A stretch of 20,174 bases of DNA. Origin: Candidatus Krumholzibacteriota bacterium (GTDB lineage: Bacteria > Krumholzibacteriota > Krumholzibacteriia > LZORAL124-64-63). Positions 17,287-20,174 of this stretch are shown here, piece after piece. A program made the translations under genes and the position numbers. A model generated the notes under the pieces. It made no database searches. It saw only the letters and a program-made list of their open reading frames with translations, and had not been told where the DNA came from. Positions within the stretch are counted from its first letter, which is position 1, and each line of letters opens with the position of its first letter. The stretch covers positions 1 through 20,174 of the forward strand of contig JBDLKA010000065.1 of assembly GCA_039714075.1 (NCBI GenBank), given 5' to 3'.

Positions 17287-17981
17287 GGCCATGATGCTCT
17301 CTCTTTCTCCACGGTGACCGGCCAGGGCCAATCTTCCGGTAATGACGCGATCAAGGTCAACGGCTCTCCGCCGACCGGGTGGGAAACTCCCAGACTCACC
17401 GCGTGCAGGGCGATGCGGTGATCGGGCAGGCGGCGAGCGGACCCGTATTTGACGTCACCCAACAAGGGATGTCCCGCCAACGCGAACTGGGCGCGTATCT
17501 GGTGTCGGCGGCCCGTCACCGGCCTGACTTCCACCAGGGACCACCCGCCTCCGGTTTCCAGAACATGGTAACGCAGCAGGCCTTCCCTGGCTCCGGCAAA
17601 CGGTTCGGGCGCGGTCCGCGTTACGCCTTTGGCATCGCCTTTGGCCGCCAACCAGGAGCGCAGTTCGCCCTTGTCCTTGGCCGGGCTGCCCACCACGACG
17701 GCCTGATACACCTTGGTCACGGTACCTTCCCGGAACTGATGGGACAACCGTCCCGCCGCCTTGCTGGTCCTGGCCAGCAGAACGACCCCCGAAACGTTGC
17801 GGTCCAGACGATGAACCAGACCCAGATACACCCGGCCTGGTTTGTCGTATTTTTGTTTCAGGTACGCTCCGGCCACATCCAGCAGGGTCTCATCGCCGCT
17901 GCGGTCGCCCTGGACCAGCAAACCGGCCGGTTTGTGCACCGCCAAAAGGTGATTGTCCTCGTACAGGACCTCCAGTTTCAT
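17283..17981 (-). CDS. RluA family pseudouridine synthase
   Basis: YEDNHLLAVHKPAGLLVQ, VHRLDRNVSG, TGRRHQIRAQ, GHPLLGDVKYG and ALHA. Confidence 0.95.
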   Translation of the reverse strand: MKLEVLYEDNHLLAVHKPAGLLVQGDRSGDETLLDVAGAYLKQKYDKPGRVYLGLVHRLDRNVSGVVLLARTSKAAGRLSHQFREGTVTKVYQAVVVGSPAKDKGELRSWLAAKGDAKGVTRTAPEPFAGAREGLLRYHVLETGGGWSLVEVRPVTGRRHQIRAQFALAGHPLLGDVKYGSARRLPDHRIALHAVSLGVSHPVGGEPLTLIASLPEDWPWPVTVEKERASWP

Positions 17982-18057
17982 CCAACAACTCCGGCTGGGG
18001 GAAAATTCCCCACTATTCTACCCTGATCATGGAACAACTGACAAGAAAGGACCCGAA

Positions 18058-18144
18058 ATGACCGAGCGCTACGAACAGGAAATGATGGAAGACGGCGGTT
18101 GGAAGGTGGCTTTGGATACCGTGGTGCCGGATCCCGGGGAGTAG
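18058..18144 (+). pseudogene. Possible 28-aa small ORF or gene remnant
   Basis: AAAGGA RBS 7 nt before the ATG; MTERYEQEMMEDGGWKVALDTVVPDPGE, where DGGWKVALD resembles the last strand of NTF2/DUF4440 proteins. Confidence 0.3.
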
Positions 18145-18196
18145 TTGAAATTGGATGCCGGTGGTCCTAAAAGTGCCCCGGGAGGACTTTTCCATA

Positions 18197-18772
18197 CTAC
18201 CGATACATACTCTTCACAGCCCCCCAATGAGCACTCTTCACCGCGACTTCCCCACCGTTGATGACCGCCACAGGTAGGTCATATGAGCCGGAAGTTGGAT
18301 GGAGGGGAATTATGGTCCCTGGCGATCCATCATTTGCTTCATATACCGCGTCCCCATAATTCAGGGGGGGATAGTCGAGCGGTTGAATGAAAAGGTCCAC
18401 TCTTTCTGTCGGTGCCAGAACGTGAACTTGAAATCGCACCACAGGAAGGATTTCCGCTTGGGGCACCGGCGGCTCGGCACCGAATATCCATTCAATATTG
18501 CATATCCCCAATTGGGGTCCCAGCAAGTTGTCGCCGCATGGCCCCTCATATGGCAGGGTCCAGAATCCTTTCATTGCGAAACCTGAAAGACCTGATTGAG
18601 AACTGATGTTCTTGAGGATGACCCAGGCAATCACGTCCTCGGGGGACTGCGTGGTTTGGACGGTGGAAGTCAATCCTTCTTCATCGAAGTAGATCCCTAC
18701 CACATCCTGATCCTGGGCTATTGCGGTGCCCGTCAGGACGATAAAGGCGATCAATACCAAGTTGCGAATCAC
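18197..18772 (-). CDS. Secreted hypothetical protein, divergent member of the WGxVKxxYR family
   Basis: GTG start after GGAGG, signal peptide, VGIYFD, SGSYDLPVAVIN, C-terminus VAVKSAHWGAVKSMYR. Confidence 0.85.
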   Translation of the reverse strand: MIRNLVLIAFIVLTGTAIAQDQDVVGIYFDEEGLTSTVQTTQSPEDVIAWVILKNISSQSGLSGFAMKGFWTLPYEGPCGDNLLGPQLGICNIEWIFGAEPPVPQAEILPVVRFQVHVLAPTERVDLFIQPLDYPPLNYGDAVYEANDGSPGTIIPLHPTSGSYDLPVAVINGGEVAVKSAHWGAVKSMYR

Positions 18773-18787
18773 GATAGTACCTCCCGG

Positions 18788-19393
18788 TCACCGATACAGC
18801 GACTTCACCCCGCCCCAGGCGGCGCTCTTCACAGCTACCGGCTGGTGGCCTGTATTGACTTCAGCCACCGGCAGGTTCACGTTGCCCGAGGAAACGCCCA
18901 CACTCATGATGACATAATCTTCGTTCAAGATTGCAGGCAGGCCGCCGGGGATGGATGGATGGGACGGCGGCCCAAGGTAGAATTCGATGGTTATTGGTTC
19001 AAAGGTGAGAAACAACCAATGCACCAGAATCGTTGCCTCGCTGGTGGGATATGGTAGGCCCATGCCTACATAGTATTCACCGCTCACGGCGGTATTCATT
19101 TCATCGAGGAAAATCGAGGTTGGTGGCAATGTATCCGCCAATCGGAAAATCAAACCCTCCATCCCCGTCGGCACAACCAACTCATAACCGAACTCAAAGG
19201 CTTGGACATGGTCCCAGGTGGGATTGGTCAGAGTGACATACGCCCAGAATTCCGTATCGGGCGCCACGTCCAGGTAAGTCACGTCCGCGTTCAAATCGAA
19301 GTAGACCCCGAGGGAATTGGGATCGGGATCCACGACCGCGCCAACGGAGCCGTCGAGAAAAATCAGCAGAAATACCGTAAAAAGGGTTTTCAT
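18788..19393 (-). CDS. Secreted hypothetical protein, WGxVKxxYR family (copy A)
   Basis: Start MKTLF after AAAGGGG, signal peptide, LGVYFD, C-terminus PVAVKSAAWGGVKSLYR. Confidence 0.88.
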   Translation of the reverse strand: MKTLFTVFLLIFLDGSVGAVVDPDPNSLGVYFDLNADVTYLDVAPDTEFWAYVTLTNPTWDHVQAFEFGYELVVPTGMEGLIFRLADTLPPTSIFLDEMNTAVSGEYYVGMGLPYPTSEATILVHWLFLTFEPITIEFYLGPPSHPSIPGGLPAILNEDYVIMSVGVSSGNVNLPVAEVNTGHQPVAVKSAAWGGVKSLYR

Positions 19394-19503
19394 GACGATG
19401 CCCCTTTGCATCCCGGAATGGCAAGACCCCCCGGGGGACCCTGTTTTTGATTATCCGCACAGTTTTCCGAGGTCAACCTTGGATTTTTCGGACGAAATCT
19501 CAA

Positions 19504-20106
19504 CTACCGATAAAGCGACTTCACCCCGCCCCAGGTCGCACTCTCCGCGACCACCGGCTGGTGGCCCGTGTTGACCTCGGCTACCGGCACGGTCACATCG
19601 CCCGAGGAGATGCCAAGGCTGATCAGCTCGTCGTTTTCATTCATGACCACCGGGAACCCGTCGGGAAGACTCGGTGCGGATGAGGGGCCCAGGTGGTATT
19701 CGATGGTCATGGGCGCGAGAGTCATGAACAGCCACTCCACCAGAACCGTCGCGGCGCTGGTGGGAAGTGGAGGGGTCAACCCGAAAATGTAGTCGCCCTT
19801 GAGAAAGTATGGGAATATGGGGCAACACTCATGGGGTGGAATGATGGTTGCCAAGCGGAACAACATGCCCTCCATACCCGCCGGAACAACCGATTCGTAG
19901 CCGAATTCAATCCCTTTTACAAAACCGAAGGTCGGATTGGTCAGGATGACGTACGCCCGGAATTCGGTATCGGGCGCCACGTCCAGGTAGGTCACGTCCG
20001 CGTTCAGATCGAAGTAGATGCCCAGGGAATTGGGATCGGGATCCACGACCGCGACGGCGGAACCGACAAGAAATATCATCAATAAAAATGTGAAAAGGGT
20101 TTTCAT
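19504..20106 (-). CDS. Secreted hypothetical protein, WGxVKxxYR family (copy B)
   Basis: About 64% identical to copy A by manual alignment; C-terminus PVVAESATWGGVKSLYR. Confidence 0.88.
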   Translation of the reverse strand: MKTLFTFLLMIFLVGSAVAVVDPDPNSLGIYFDLNADVTYLDVAPDTEFRAYVILTNPTFGFVKGIEFGYESVVPAGMEGMLFRLATIIPPHECCPIFPYFLKGDYIFGLTPPLPTSAATVLVEWLFMTLAPMTIEYHLGPSSAPSLPDGFPVVMNENDELISLGISSGDVTVPVAEVNTGHQPVVAESATWGGVKSLYR

Positions 20107-20174
20107 GACGAAGCCCCTTTGCATCCTGGAATGGTAAGGCCCCCCGGGGGACCCTGTTTTTGATGATCCGCACA

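Larger units (their letters stand above)
18788..20174. repeat. Tandem duplication of a ~715-bp gene-plus-leader unit
   Basis: 18788-19461 aligns with 19504-20174. The leaders 19394-19461 and 20107-20174 differ at 5 of 68 nt. Confidence 0.92.

Noticed and set aside
19462..19503. Integron attC site between array genes
   Set aside because: No RYYYAAC...GTTRRRY pair enclosing a long imperfect palindrome, no integrase, and no such element between the other two genes.
18788..20174. Diversity-generating retroelement TR/VR pair
   Set aside because: Differences between the copies are spread out, include many synonymous changes at all bases and an indel, and are not adenine-specific. No reverse transcriptase is in the window.
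1..20174. CRISPR array, tRNA/rRNA genes, transposases
   Set aside because: No regularly spaced short repeats, RNA-gene signatures or transposase/integrase motifs were seen by eye.

Overview
GC-rich bacterial chromosomal window with about 22 genes, mostly on the minus strand. The secreted-protein repertoire (FlgD/T9SS-CTD-like tail, 'WGxVKxxYR' C-termini) suggests an FCB-related candidate phylum such as Krumholzibacteriota, Latescibacterota or Eisenbacteria (inference only). From left to right: a large secreted S8 subtilase that runs off the left edge and is missed by the ORF track; a pduO-type adenosyltransferase / ECF sigma / anti-sigma / YbjQ cluster; a cobalamin riboswitch controlling a BtuB-like TonB receptor; a Dus3-like tRNA dihydrouridine synthase with a ferritin/rubrerythrin-like gene; a eukaryotic-type citrate synthase; an XRE repressor plus membrane protein; a GYD protein; a tightly packed run RluA - thioredoxin-like - LhgO-like - PAP2 - lysyl-endopeptidase-like protease - sulfide:quinone oxidoreductase - 38-aa small ORF; and a tandem array of at least three paralogous secreted ~200-aa proteins ending in WG[GA]VKS[LM]YR. 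The best leads are this array (putative C-terminal sorting motif, hypervariable loop, duplicated conserved leader), the unannotated small protein after SQR, the eukaryote-like Dus3, and the ECF/Cys-less anti-sigma/YbjQ module. No CRISPR array, rRNA, tRNA or mobile element was seen.
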